DNA of 64,000 bases, taken from positions 128,001-192,000 of the forward strand of contig CAWFFU010000010.1 in NCBI GenBank assembly GCA_963815215.1, read 5' to 3'. Below the pieces are notes generated by a model. It saw nothing but the letters and a program-made list of their open reading frames with translations, was not told the DNA's origin and searched no databases. This DNA is from an uncultured Trueperaceae bacterium (GTDB lineage Bacteria; Deinococcota; Deinococci; Deinococcales; Trueperaceae). The position numbers and the translations under genes were made by a program. Below are positions 9,499 through 19,463 of the stretch, piece by piece. Numbering within the stretch: the stretch's first letter is position 1; each line of letters opens with the position of its first letter.

Positions 9499-10566
9499 TC
9501 AGGACTCGGCCGGTAGGACGTGCAATGCATCGGCCGCGAGCGACAGGAAGACGCTGTCGCCGGCGGTCCGCATGCCGCGATCGGTGGGGTCGGTCTCGTC
9601 GATGACGAGCTCCCCCACGCCCTCGACCTCGACGAGGTACTCGGCGTGATTCCCCAGGAACACGGTGCGTCGGACCGTGCCTCGGAGCGGGCCGTCGGTC
9701 GTCGACATGAGGATGGCCTCGGGCCGCAGGACGAGCGTGACCCGGGACCCCTCAGCCACGTCGGGCGCATCGGGAAGGGGCCAACGCGCGCCGGCGACGT
9801 CCACGGCGCCGCCGGTGAAGATGGCGTCGACGAAGTTGACCTTGCCGATGAAGTCTGCGACGAAGCGGTTGGCGGGCCGCGCGTAGACCTCGCTCGGGGA
9901 GCCGATCTGCTCCACCGTTCCGCCGTTCATGACGACCAGCACGTCGGAGATGCTCATGGCCTCGACCTGGTCGTGCGTCACGTAGACGCTGGTGATCCCC
10001 AGCCGCTGTTGCAGGTCACGGATCTCCAGTCGCATCTGCTCGCGCAGCTTGGCGTCCAGATTGGACAGCGGCTCGTCGAACAGCAGCAGCCGGGGCTCCA
10101 TGACGATGCAGCGCGCCAGCGCCACGCGTTGCTGCTGGCCTCCCGACAGCTGGCTGGGCGACCTGCCCCCCAGGGCCCCGAGGCCGACCAGCTCGAGCAC
10201 CCGCCCGACACGCTCCCGGATCCCATGCCGGGATCCGCGCTTCAGGCGCAGGCCGAAAGCCACGTTCTCGAACACGCTCAAGTGGGGGAAGATGGCGTAC
10301 GACTGGAACACCATGGCGCTGTCCCGGACGTTGGGGGCCTCGTCATTGACGCGACGGTCACCGAAGTAGATGTCGCCTCCGGTCGGCTCCTCGAAGCCCG
10401 CGATCAACCGCAGCAGCGTGGTCTTGCCGCAGCCCGACGGGCCGAGCAGGGTGACGAGCGCTCCCTTCTCGATGTCAAGGCTCACGTCGTTGACGGCGAC
10501 GACGGTCTCGCCGCCGGGACTCTCGAACTCCTTGCGCAAGCGGTCGATTCGCAGGTCGGTTGCCAT
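9499..10566 (-). CDS. ABC transporter ATP-binding protein (FbpC/PotA-like)
   Basis: GPSGCGKT, LSGGQQQR, LLFDEPLSNLD, VTHDQ, C-terminal TOBE-like region. Confidence 0.93.
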   Translation of the reverse strand: MATDLRIDRLRKEFESPGGETVVAVNDVSLDIEKGALVTLLGPSGCGKTTLLRLIAGFEEPTGGDIYFGDRRVNDEAPNVRDSAMVFQSYAIFPHLSVFENVAFGLRLKRGSRHGIRERVGRVLELVGLGALGGRSPSQLSGGQQQRVALARCIVMEPRLLLFDEPLSNLDAKLREQMRLEIRDLQQRLGITSVYVTHDQVEAMSISDVLVVMNGGTVEQIGSPSEVYARPANRFVADFIGKVNFVDAIFTGGAVDVAGARWPLPDAPDVAEGSRVTLVLRPEAILMSTTDGPLRGTVRRTVFLGNHAEYLVEVEGVGELVIDETDPTDRGMRTAGDSVFLSLAADALHVLPAES

Positions 10567-10576
10567 GCCGCTCCCT

Positions 10577-12250
10577 CTAGAACCGGATGGTGGAGGCCAC
10601 GTCGGCGCGGCGGCCGACCAGCAGGTCGATGACGACGATGGCGCTGAGCACGATGGCGAGCAGGACCATGCTGAACGCCGCGGCGACGCCCAGGCGGCCG
10701 GAGCCCACCTCGTTGAGGATCTGCACCGTCATGAGGTTCCAGTTGGCCGAGACCAGGAAGATCGCCGCGCTGATCGCCGTCATGGCGCGAACGAAGGCGA
10801 AGACCAGGCCCGAGAAGAAGGCCGGACCGATGAGCGGCAGCGTGACCTTGCGGAAGGTCGTGAGGCCGTCGGCGCCGAGGTTCTGGGCGGCTTCCTCGAT
10901 CGACGGATCGATCTGCCTGAGGATGGCGATGCCCGACTGGATCCCGACGGGGACGTAGCGGAACACGAAGTTCAGCACCAGGATGAGCAGGGTGCCGGTG
11001 AGCAGCAGCGGCAACCGGTTGAACGCCAGGATGTAGCCGATGCCGACCACGGTTCCCGGCACGGCGAAGTTGAGGATGGAACCGAACTCCATCGCCCCCT
11101 TGCCCGGGAACGAGCGACGCACGACCAGGAAGGCGATCAGCATGCCTAGGATGCCGCTGATGGGCGTGGACACCATGGCCACGATGAGCGTGTCCTTGAC
11201 CGTGTCGAACGCCACGTCGAAGACGTAGGCGAAGTGCTGCAGGGAGAGGTGGTAGTCGAACCCCCACACGCGGGTGGACGCGCCCACCAGGATGACCGCG
11301 TAGAACATCACCACCACGACCGCGAAGAACACGACCACGGCGTACAGCAGCCACTTGGCGAGGGGCGAGACGGCCTTGCTCACGGTGGCGCTGGGCTTAC
11401 CGGTCACGGTGACGTACTGGCGGCGCGAGAGGTACGCGCGTTGGATGGCGAACGCCGTCATGGACGGGATGAGCAGCACCACGGCCAGCATCGCGCCGCG
11501 CGCCAGGTTGAAGCTGCCGGTGATCTCGAGATAGGCCTGCGGGGCCAGCATCGGGAAGGCGGCCCCGGCCAGGACGAGAGGGTTACCGAAGTCCGCCATC
11601 GACTCGATGAACACCACCAGGAAGGCGCTGGCGACGCCGGGCAGGGAGAGCGGGAAGGTCACGCGCCAGAACACCTGCCAGCGGTTCGCCCCGATGTTGA
11701 GCGCAGCGTCCTCGAGCGTCGGATTGATCGAGGAGAGCACGCCGCGCAGCGACAGGTAGGCGATCGGTGCGAAGGTGAACACCTGCGACAGCACGACGCC
11801 GAAGAAGCCGTAGATGCGGAAGTCATGCAGGCCGAGGAGCTGCCGTGTGATGAGACCGTTGAAGCCGAACAGGAACAGGATGGAGATCGCTCCCGAGAAC
11901 GGGGGCGAGATGATCGGCAGGATGGTCAGCATGTGGAGCAGGCGCTTGCCGGGGACCTTGGTGCGCCCCAGCACGAACGCCGCGACGTAGCCGAGGATCA
12001 CGCCGAGCAGCCCCACCAGGGCACCGACGCTCAGGCTGTTCACCAGCGCGTTGCGGTACAGACGGCGCCGCGCGATCAGCTCGAAGTTGTCCAGGCCGAA
12101 CCCCGTGGGCGTGCGGAAGCTCGACAGTAGCACCAGCACCAGCGGGTACACCACGAACACCGCCAACGCCACGAAGATCGCGATCACCACGGCGAAAAGC
12201 ACGCGGTCACGCGCGAGCACGCGCAGTTGGGTTCGAGCACGATGGAGCAT
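10577..12250 (-). CDS. Fe3+/AfuB-type ABC permease (two-domain)
   Basis: About 12 TM segments, two EAA loops (LEDAALNIGA, IEEAAQNLGA), ADFGNP. Confidence 0.88.
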   Translation of the reverse strand: MLHRARTQLRVLARDRVLFAVVIAIFVALAVFVVYPLVLVLLSSFRTPTGFGLDNFELIARRRLYRNALVNSLSVGALVGLLGVILGYVAAFVLGRTKVPGKRLLHMLTILPIISPPFSGAISILFLFGFNGLITRQLLGLHDFRIYGFFGVVLSQVFTFAPIAYLSLRGVLSSINPTLEDAALNIGANRWQVFWRVTFPLSLPGVASAFLVVFIESMADFGNPLVLAGAAFPMLAPQAYLEITGSFNLARGAMLAVVLLIPSMTAFAIQRAYLSRRQYVTVTGKPSATVSKAVSPLAKWLLYAVVVFFAVVVVMFYAVILVGASTRVWGFDYHLSLQHFAYVFDVAFDTVKDTLIVAMVSTPISGILGMLIAFLVVRRSFPGKGAMEFGSILNFAVPGTVVGIGYILAFNRLPLLLTGTLLILVLNFVFRYVPVGIQSGIAILRQIDPSIEEAAQNLGADGLTTFRKVTLPLIGPAFFSGLVFAFVRAMTAISAAIFLVSANWNLMTVQILNEVGSGRLGVAAAFSMVLLAIVLSAIVVIDLLVGRRADVASTIRF

Positions 12251-12265
12251 GGATGTGGGGTGAAG

Positions 12266-12291
12266 GAGGGGCGGGCCGGAGCCCGCCCCTC
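12266..12291 (-). terminator. Stem-loop after binding-protein gene
   Basis: GAGGGGCGGGC-cgga-GCCCGCCCCTC perfect 11-bp stem. Confidence 0.55.
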
Positions 12292-12299
12292 AGCGGCCG

Positions 12300-13289
12300 C
12301 TACTGGCCCAGCACGTCCTGGACCCAGCGGTCCACGAGGCGTTGCCGATTGCCGGCCGCGTACGTGGGATCGAACGACACCAGCTTGATGCTGTCGAGAG
12401 AAGGGATGCCGGGCCCCGCGCTGACGTCGGCGCGGATCGGCAGGAAGTACGTCTTCTGGGTGGCCAGTGCCTGCTGGCCGTCCTTCGACGTCATCCAGTC
12501 CACCAGCTGCTGTGCCTCGCCCAGGTGGGTGGCGCCCTTCAGGATCGACATGGCGGCGACCTCGTAGCCGACGCCTTCGCTCGGGAACACGACCTTGACC
12601 GGGAAGCCCTCGTCGACCAGCTTGAGGAAGCCGGGCGTGAACTGGATCGCGATGGCGGTCTCACCGACGCCCAGCGAACCGCTCGGCGCCGTCCCGCTCT
12701 GGGTGTAGGTCTGCACGTTCGGGTTGAGCGCCTTCATGTAGGCGAAGGCGGCGTCCTCACCGAAGATCGCGCGCAGCGTCAGGATCACGTTGTAGGCGGT
12801 GCCGGACGACTGCGGCGACGGCATCTGCACCAGGCCCTTGTACTCGGGCTTGGTGAGGTCCGCCCAGCTCGCGGGTACGGCGGCGCCCCGCTGCGAAAGG
12901 ATGTCGGTCCGCACGCCGAAGGCGAGCGGGTTCGTGTAGATGGCGTGCCAGGAGCCCGCGGCGTCCTTGAAGTTCGCCGGCAGCGCGTCGGCGTTGGCGG
13001 AGACGTAGGGCTGGGTGAGGCCACGTTCCTTGGCGAGGATGTGGTTCTCGCTGGGCGCCCCGAACCAGACGTCCGCCTGCGGCCGGTTCTTCTCGGCCTC
13101 GATGCGCGACAGCGCCGGGCCGGACGACAGGAACACCATCTGGACCTGAACGCCCGTCGCGTCTGTGAAGGCGCTGAGGATCTTGCGGGCGTTCTCCTCG
13201 TCGACGCTGGAGTAGACGACGAGCTGGGCCGACGCCCAGGTGAAGCCCAGAGCGAGGATCGCGAGAATCACGACACGGATCTTCCGCAT
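12300..13289 (-). CDS. ABC substrate-binding protein, Fe3+/AfuA/thiamine-like cluster; ligand unknown
   Basis: GGAGG RBS; signal peptide ending ASAQ; RIEAEKNRPQADVWFG, PSPQSSGTAY, PSEGVGYE. Confidence 0.85.
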   Translation of the reverse strand: MRKIRVVILAILALGFTWASAQLVVYSSVDEENARKILSAFTDATGVQVQMVFLSSGPALSRIEAEKNRPQADVWFGAPSENHILAKERGLTQPYVSANADALPANFKDAAGSWHAIYTNPLAFGVRTDILSQRGAAVPASWADLTKPEYKGLVQMPSPQSSGTAYNVILTLRAIFGEDAAFAYMKALNPNVQTYTQSGTAPSGSLGVGETAIAIQFTPGFLKLVDEGFPVKVVFPSEGVGYEVAAMSILKGATHLGEAQQLVDWMTSKDGQQALATQKTYFLPIRADVSAGPGIPSLDSIKLVSFDPTYAAGNRQRLVDRWVQDVLGQ

Positions 13290-13502
13290 GCGACTCACCT
13301 CCCACGGAGCGACCCCTTCGCGAGAGTCCTTGGACCGTGCGCGCTCCGTTGCGCCAAGGTAGCCGCGGGCCCGGCACGGGGGGGTCGGTGGAAAGCAGGA
13401 CACGAGGGGGTGGGAATCGTCCCCACGGGGCGGGGCGTTGGGGTGTGGGGGGACGGGTGTGGGGGACGTCGGCGAACGCGGTCGCGCGGCCGCCGCGCCC
13501 GG

Positions 13503-14174
13503 TCAGCCGGTCTTGCGGTAGAGCGCGTTGACGGTGGTGCGGTGGCCCCGCTCCGTCGCCACGCGCACGGCCTGCGTGGCCTCGGCCGGCTCGAACCCGT
13601 GCCGAGCGAAGGCGGCGTCGAGCGCCTCGGGCGCGAGCAGGGTGATGCGGTCGTGCGGTCCCCCGAAACCGAAGTAGACGTTGGCTTCGTCGGGCACCGG
13701 CTCGAGCGCGACGCCGTGCGGGCGCGAGTCGGGGGCGAAGCTGGCGACCAGGCAGTGCCCGCCGGTCACGAGCACGCGTGCCGTGCCGGCCAGGGAGCGC
13801 TCCCACTCGCCGGCGGTGCCCGCGTTCTGGAACGCGCCGAGCGCGATCACCAGCTCGAAGCTGCCGTCGGGGAACGTGCTGAGGTCGTCCATGCGGCCCT
13901 GGACCACGCGGCGGCGCGCCTCGTCGGCGCCCACCAGCGGCGCCAGCCGCGCCCGTGCCGCCTCGACCATGGCGGCCGAGGCGTCGAGCGCCCACACATC
14001 GGCGCCGGCCGCTGCCAGATGGAGGGTGTTGCGGCCCGCCGCGCAGCCGATGTCCAGCGCGCGCAGTCGGGCGGGATCGCGCTGCGCCAGCCACGCCAGC
14101 AGGCGGCGATCGGGCTCGCGCGCACCGAAGCGCTCGACGATGTCGGGACGTTCCCAGAAGGACGAGCCACTCAT
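13503..14174 (-). CDS. Class I SAM-dependent methyltransferase
   Basis: ALDIGCAAGRN motif I, ALDAS, FPDGSFELVI; start taken at MSGSSFW. Confidence 0.85.
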   Translation of the reverse strand: MSGSSFWERPDIVERFGAREPDRRLLAWLAQRDPARLRALDIGCAAGRNTLHLAAAGADVWALDASAAMVEAARARLAPLVGADEARRRVVQGRMDDLSTFPDGSFELVIALGAFQNAGTAGEWERSLAGTARVLVTGGHCLVASFAPDSRPHGVALEPVPDEANVYFGFGGPHDRITLLAPEALDAAFARHGFEPAEATQAVRVATERGHRTTVNALYRKTG

Positions 14175-14365
14175 GAGCCCATTGTGGCGCACGACGGTGA
14201 GAGGGCGCCCGACGGCGGCCCAGGTCGGTGCGTCCGTAGGCAGGGCGGTGCATCCTCCGCGGCGGCGCGCGTTCCGGCGGCAATCGCGCAACGGGCGCGT
14301 GACGGCAGGCGCTATCGTGGAGTCGTGAACGTTCGCTCGCTCTCCACGATCAAGGAAGCCCGACC

Positions 14366-15328
14366 ATGAACGCATCTTCGCGCTCTGCAGGGAAGCAGCG
14401 CGGGCTCGAGGCCTGCGTGACGCCACGAGGCATCATCGCGGCGCTGGCCATCGATCAGCGCGGCAGCCTGCGCAAGGCGCTCGCGAAGGCTGCGGGCAAG
14501 GGGCCCGCAGAGGTGACCGACGCCGATCTCGCCACCTTCAAGGCGGTGGTGACGCGCGAGCTGACGCCCTGGGCGTCGGCGGTGCTGCTCGACCCGCTCT
14601 ACGGCTGGGAGGCGGCCGCCGACCGGGCGCCCGCCGCGGGACTCATCGTCGCCTACGAGAAGAGCGGCTACGACGCCACCGACGAGCACCGCATGCCGAC
14701 GCTGTTGCCGGAGTGGTCGGCCGGCCGCTTGAAGGAGGCAGGCGCGGACGTCGTCAAGGTGCTGGTCTACTACGATCCCGCCAGCCCCGCTGAGGTCAAC
14801 GAACGCAAACAGGCGTTGGTCCGGCGCGTCGGTGAGGAGTGCCGGGAGGCCGACGTCGCCTACTTCCTGGAGCCGGTCACCTACGACGGCGCTGGCACGG
14901 GCGGGGCCGAGGCCAAGCCGGAACGGGTCACGCGAAGCATCGCCGAGTGGACCCGGCCCGAGTACGGCGTGGACGTGCTGAAGGTGGAGGTGCCGGTGGA
15001 TCCGAGCTGGCTCCAGCCCGGGGCCCTGGCGTCGCAGCGCGAGCGGGTGCTGTCCGCCATGCGGCAGGCGACGGAGGCGTCGACGGTGCCCCTCATCTTC
15101 CTGTCGGCGGGTGTGGACATGGAGCTCTTCGTCCGCTCGCTCGAGCTCGCCGGCGAGGCGGGCGCGCGCTTCAACGGTGTGCTGTGCGGCCGCGCCACCT
15201 GGAAGGGCGGTATCGCCGCCTATGCGGGCGGCGGGGAGCCGGCGCTGGAGGCGTGGCTGCGAAGTGAAGGGATGGCCAACATCGAGCGCCTCAACGAGGC
15301 GCTGGAAGCGAGCGCCGCCGCGCTCTAG
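14366..15328 (+). CDS. lacD: Tagatose-1,6-bisphosphate aldolase family (class I)
   Basis: ALAIDQRGSL, YEKSGYD, GVDVLKVEVPV, FLSAGV, GVLCGRATWK. Confidence 0.88.
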   Translation: MNASSRSAGKQRGLEACVTPRGIIAALAIDQRGSLRKALAKAAGKGPAEVTDADLATFKAVVTRELTPWASAVLLDPLYGWEAAADRAPAAGLIVAYEKSGYDATDEHRMPTLLPEWSAGRLKEAGADVVKVLVYYDPASPAEVNERKQALVRRVGEECREADVAYFLEPVTYDGAGTGGAEAKPERVTRSIAEWTRPEYGVDVLKVEVPVDPSWLQPGALASQRERVLSAMRQATEASTVPLIFLSAGVDMELFVRSLELAGEAGARFNGVLCGRATWKGGIAAYAGGGEPALEAWLRSEGMANIERLNEALEASAAAL

Positions 15329-15367
15329 CCGCCGCGCTCGAAGCGCCGCGCTCGAGGCGCCGTTCGC
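15316..15367 (+). repeat. 14-bp-period tandem repeat starting in the 3' end of lacD
   Basis: CGCCGCGCTC at 15316, 15330, 15344 and degenerate CGCCGTTCGC at 15358. Confidence 0.7.
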
Positions 15368-15417
15368 GCCGCTCCCGGCGATTCCGTCGGGCCTTCGCGA
15401 GCGGCGTAGACTGCCGC

Positions 15418-15906
15418 ATGAGTGCCGAGCGAGAAGCCGTCTGTGTGCGCGCCGCGACCCGCGAAGACCTTCCCTTCGTGCGCGCCCTGGCCGCACGGCT
15501 GGTCTCCTTCGAGGGGCTTATGACGCGCGACCCGGCGGCCGTCCTGGCCAGCTCCGAGCGCGCGCTCGAGGAGGCCGTCGAGCAGACGGTGCAGGGGTCG
15601 CCCACGGTGGCGGTGCTGGTGGCCGAGGCCGCGGGTGGGGCGCGGCTCGGTTGCGTTCAGGTGCAGCGCGGCGTCGAGTACTTCTCGGGCGATCCCGAGG
15701 CCTACGTGGGGGTGCTGGCTGTGGCGGATCACGCCGAGGGACGAGGTGTCGGGCGCGTCTTGATGGAGGGGGCCGAGACGTGGGCGCGGGAGCGTGGGCT
15801 CAGTCGTCTCGCGCTCGAGGTGTTCGCGAACAACGGCGGAGCGCGCGCCTTCTACGAGCGGCTGGGGTTCGCCGAGGACTCCCTGCGGGTGGTCAAGCGG
15901 CTCTGA
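15418..15906 (+). CDS. GNAT family N-acetyltransferase
   Basis: LAVADHAEGRGVGRVL, NNGGARAFYERLGF; TAGACT 5 nt before ATG suggests leaderless mRNA. Confidence 0.9.
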   Translation: MSAEREAVCVRAATREDLPFVRALAARLVSFEGLMTRDPAAVLASSERALEEAVEQTVQGSPTVAVLVAEAAGGARLGCVQVQRGVEYFSGDPEAYVGVLAVADHAEGRGVGRVLMEGAETWARERGLSRLALEVFANNGGARAFYERLGFAEDSLRVVKRL

Positions 15907-18900
15907 AGGGGCCCACCGGCTCCCACCGCGACACTCCACCAGCGCGTGAGTCGGTCCGCTTCGTCCAGCAACGCTGCGGCCTCGACGCCGTCCGCGCCCG
16001 AGCTCGTCCCGTGCTGCGCCAGCGCCCCAAGCAGGCGCTGGCGCAGCCCTGCCTCGTCGAGCACCGGCCGGTCATCGAGGTAGCCGTGGTCGAGCAGCCA
16101 ATCCTGCAACTGTTCGCGGGCCTCGTTGCGAAAGCGGGCCACCTGGCCGTTCTCGAGGCCCTCCAGGAGCCTGCGAGCGTCCCCCCCGACGCGGGCGGAG
16201 AGGTCGTCGACCCGATCGAGGAAGGTGGCCGTAACGGCGTCCGAGGCCTCGAGCGCGGCCCGGTCCACGGGGCGCCCTCGGCCGCGCCGCCAGCCTTCCA
16301 GGAACGGGTCGATCGCAGCGGCTCGCGCCTCGAGGCGTGCACGCTCGGCCCCGGTCAGCAACCCGCCGCCGCCCTCGTCACGAAGGAACGCCCGCAGCGT
16401 GCCGAGGCGCTCCACGCCCGCGCGCAGCAGGCGGTGGAGCAGTGGTAAATCGTCGCGCAGGAGGTGGAAGAGGTGGCAGGCGTCGCCCGGCCGCCAGGGG
16501 TCGACGGGGGGCACGGCCAGAGCGGCTCCGTACGCCTCCGGCGTCCTGCCGTCGGGCGCGGGGGGATCGCTGTGGGCGGGAAGGGCCAGCGCTTCGGGCC
16601 CCGCGACGGCCCGGCCGAGGCGCCGCACGCTTGCGATGTCGATCAGGTGGGGTGCCCCGTCGCGCTCGGCCGCGGCTCCGTCGCGTGCCGGAGGGGCGGC
16701 GTCCCGCTCCGACGGGGCCTCCCAGAGGAGGGCGTCCTCGGCTCGGGCGGAGAGGTAGAAGAGCTGCCGGCCCCCCTCGCGGGCAAGCACGCTCAGGCTG
16801 TGGGCCACCGCCCGGAAGCGATCGACGTCGGCAGTGGTGAGCGCCTCGTCCAGGAACAGCGGCAGCGACGCTCGTCCCCTCTCGGCCTCCGTGGCGAACG
16901 CCACCCGCACCGCCAGCAGGAGCTGCGCACGCGTTCCCGTGGAGAGCTCGGTCAGCGATCGACGTTCACCGCTGGCGGTCTCCCGGGCCGCGAAATCGCC
17001 CTGGCGGCCGCCATCGAACAGCAGCTCGTACTGGTCGCGCGTGAAGCGGCGGAACCAGCTCGCAGCGCGGCGCAGCGCGTCTGGCTGGCTGGTCTGCTCG
17101 TGCTCGGTCTCGACCGTGTCGAGCAAGAAGGCGCCGGCCTCGGCGTAGAGAGCCTCGTCGAGCCGATCGGCGAGCGTGTCGGAGGCCTGCTGCCACTCCT
17201 GGCGCGCGCGTTCGAGGTCGCGCTCCGATCCCGCCCGCCGGACGCGTTCGCGCGTGACGGCGATCCTCTCGGAGATCTCCTTGGCGGCGGCCGCCGTCTG
17301 CCGCAGCTCCGCGAGGCGGGCGCGAATCGCGTCGGAATCGTCCGCGTCGGCGCGTTCGAGCAGGTCCGGGCGGTGCCCCAGCTCCTGGCGGCGATCGCCC
17401 TCCCGCAACGCGGCGTCGCGCAGCGCCTCCCTCCGCCGCCGGTAGACGTCGAGGCGGCCGAGCCGTTGGTGGAGCTCCCGCTCGGCGTCGCGTAGTCCCG
17501 CTTCACCCTCGCCGGCGTCCAGACCGGCGCCCGCGAGGAGGGTGCGGACCGAGGCGCGCGCCCGCTCCAGGTCGCGCTCGGCACGTTCGATGGCGGCCCG
17601 CGCGCCCTCCCGGTCCCTGCGGGCGTCGTCACGCATCGTCAGACGTCCGGATAGGGCGCTCCAGCGCGACTCGAGTAACGCGACCGGGGGCGCAGGCTCG
17701 TCGACCGCCTCGCCGTGCTCGTCCAGGAATACCCGCAGGGCAGCCGTGGAGGCGTCGAGACGTTGGCGGCGTGGTGCGCGTTTGGCATCGATGCCGCGCA
17801 GCTTGAGTCCTGCGCGGTCGACCGCGTCGACCAGACGGAGCCAGCGCTCGAGCCCGGCGTCGAGCACTGCGGGGTCGAAGCCCACGCGCTCCGCCAGCTC
17901 GCCGAGACCGCGTTCGGCCTCGGCCTGCCGGGCCAGCGCCGCCGCCCGCCGGCGCTCGGCCTCGGCACGCTGTTCCAGCCGCGTGCGCAGGCCCTCGGCG
18001 CGGGCGACGGCAGCTTCGAGGGCGTCGAGACGACGGCTTACGCTCGGCGCGCTCCAGGTCTCGGGAGCCGCGAGGCCGCTCCGGCGGAAGCGCTCGTGCG
18101 CGTGGTCCCGCTCGCGGGCGGCCGCGCCGTCGCGGAGCAAGAGCGGCAGGCCGGCGAGCAGCGCGCCCGCCAGACCGGCCAGCGGCAGCGTCTGTGCCCC
18201 ACCGAGGAAGGCGAGCACGAGCGCGCCGCCGCCGCCTCCCAGCACGAGCGCCAGGCCGAGCCCGCGCGCCGCCGTCCAGCGCGGCCTGCGGGCGGCGGAG
18301 AGCCATGCCGCCAGGGCGTCACGCGCCGTCTTCAGGCGCTCAGGGGGTTCCTCCTCGTCGTCGGGCGTGGGCAACCGGTCGAGCTCGTGCCGGAGCTCGC
18401 GCAGCTCCGCGTCGACCGAGCGCTTCGCTTCCAACGCGGTGTCGACGGCGCTCAGAGTGGCCGGGTCCAGCTTCGGGCCCGGGTCCGGGTGGGCCTCCGG
18501 GCCGAACGCGCTGCGCGCCAGCTCGAGCTCCGCTCGCGCCTCGCGCCGCCGGTCCTCCAGGGCCGCGAGCTCCGAAGCCTCGCGTTGCATCTCCTTGAGG
18601 AGCTGGTTGCGTTCTTCGAGGTCCGATCGCTTCAATACGCTGAGCTCGAGCCCGGAGGTCTCCAGGGTCCGGCCCGCCTCTTCGTCGCGGCGGCGCGCGG
18701 CGGCGAGCTCCGCTTCGGACGCTTCGATCTCGGTGTGCAGGGCATCGAGTCGTTCCGCTTCTCCGCCGACCAGGCGCTTCATGCCCTCCGGGAAGCCGTC
18801 GAGCTCGGCGCGCGCGCGCTCGACGTCGCGCCGCGCCTCGATGAGACCGAGCGCGTGGTCGTGCTCGTCGGCGTGGTGCGCCGCGGCCTCCGCCTCCCGC

Positions 18901-19463
18901 TCCTGCCGGAGCCAGCGTTCGATCTGCTCCTCCTGCTGAACCAGCTGCTCGCGTTCCCGCAGCACCGCGTTGAGCGCCTCGGTCGCGCGCTGGAGGCGCT
19001 TCGCTTCGCTCTGGCCGCTGCCGTGGCCGCGGAAGGGCCCGCGCTCGCGGACCTCGGCGAGGTCGTAGCCGCCGGACAGATCGAGCGCGAGCTGCCGCGC
19101 GATGAGGGCGTCGGTCGTGCCGGCCGCGGTGAGGTCCTCGACGCCGAGCGTGTAGCAGCCGAGCAGGTGATGCTCGGGCAGGCCCGGTCGCGGCACCGCC
19201 CGGCCGTCGCGGCTCCAGCTCACCGCGTCGCCGGCACGGCTCACCCGCAGCTCGCCGTCGTCGTCCTCGAACAGGGCCTCCAGGATCACGCCGGAGCCGC
19301 GCTGCTCCTCGGGGTAGAGCAGGGCTTGCACGGCACGCAGCACGCTGCTCTTGCCCGACGCGTTGGGCCCCACCACGACGTTCACGCCCGGATCGACGTC
19401 GGTCAGCTCGAAGCCGGGGTGGATGCCCGGCAGCCTGTCGACGCGGAGCCTGCGCAGCCTCAT
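15852..19463 (-). CDS. yhaN: YhaN-like SMC/Rad50-type ATPase with central TM hairpin and C-terminal extension
   Basis: Walker A GPNASGKS, long coiled coil, two hydrophobic segments, LSTGTRAQLLLAVR signature, LFLDEAL Walker B. Confidence 0.8.
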   Translation of the reverse strand: MRLRRLRVDRLPGIHPGFELTDVDPGVNVVVGPNASGKSSVLRAVQALLYPEEQRGSGVILEALFEDDDGELRVSRAGDAVSWSRDGRAVPRPGLPEHHLLGCYTLGVEDLTAAGTTDALIARQLALDLSGGYDLAEVRERGPFRGHGSGQSEAKRLQRATEALNAVLREREQLVQQEEQIERWLRQEREAEAAAHHADEHDHALGLIEARRDVERARAELDGFPEGMKRLVGGEAERLDALHTEIEASEAELAAARRRDEEAGRTLETSGLELSVLKRSDLEERNQLLKEMQREASELAALEDRRREARAELELARSAFGPEAHPDPGPKLDPATLSAVDTALEAKRSVDAELRELRHELDRLPTPDDEEEPPERLKTARDALAAWLSAARRPRWTAARGLGLALVLGGGGGALVLAFLGGAQTLPLAGLAGALLAGLPLLLRDGAAARERDHAHERFRRSGLAAPETWSAPSVSRRLDALEAAVARAEGLRTRLEQRAEAERRRAAALARQAEAERGLGELAERVGFDPAVLDAGLERWLRLVDAVDRAGLKLRGIDAKRAPRRQRLDASTAALRVFLDEHGEAVDEPAPPVALLESRWSALSGRLTMRDDARRDREGARAAIERAERDLERARASVRTLLAGAGLDAGEGEAGLRDAERELHQRLGRLDVYRRRREALRDAALREGDRRQELGHRPDLLERADADDSDAIRARLAELRQTAAAAKEISERIAVTRERVRRAGSERDLERARQEWQQASDTLADRLDEALYAEAGAFLLDTVETEHEQTSQPDALRRAASWFRRFTRDQYELLFDGGRQGDFAARETASGERRSLTELSTGTRAQLLLAVRVAFATEAERGRASLPLFLDEALTTADVDRFRAVAHSLSVLAREGGRQLFYLSARAEDALLWEAPSERDAAPPARDGAAAERDGAPHLIDIASVRRLGRAVAGPEALALPAHSDPPAPDGRTPEAYGAALAVPPVDPWRPGDACHLFHLLRDDLPLLHRLLRAGVERLGTLRAFLRDEGGGGLLTGAERARLEARAAAIDPFLEGWRRGRGRPVDRAALEASDAVTATFLDRVDDLSARVGGDARRLLEGLENGQVARFRNEAREQLQDWLLDHGYLDDRPVLDEAGLRQRLLGALAQHGTSSGADGVEAAALLDEADRLTRWWSVAVGAGGPLQSRLTTRRESSANPSRS

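Noticed and set aside
13290..13500. TPP or cobalamin riboswitch before the Fe3+/AfuA-like operon
   Set aside because: Conserved cores of these riboswitches not found by eye; an Rfam/Infernal scan would settle it
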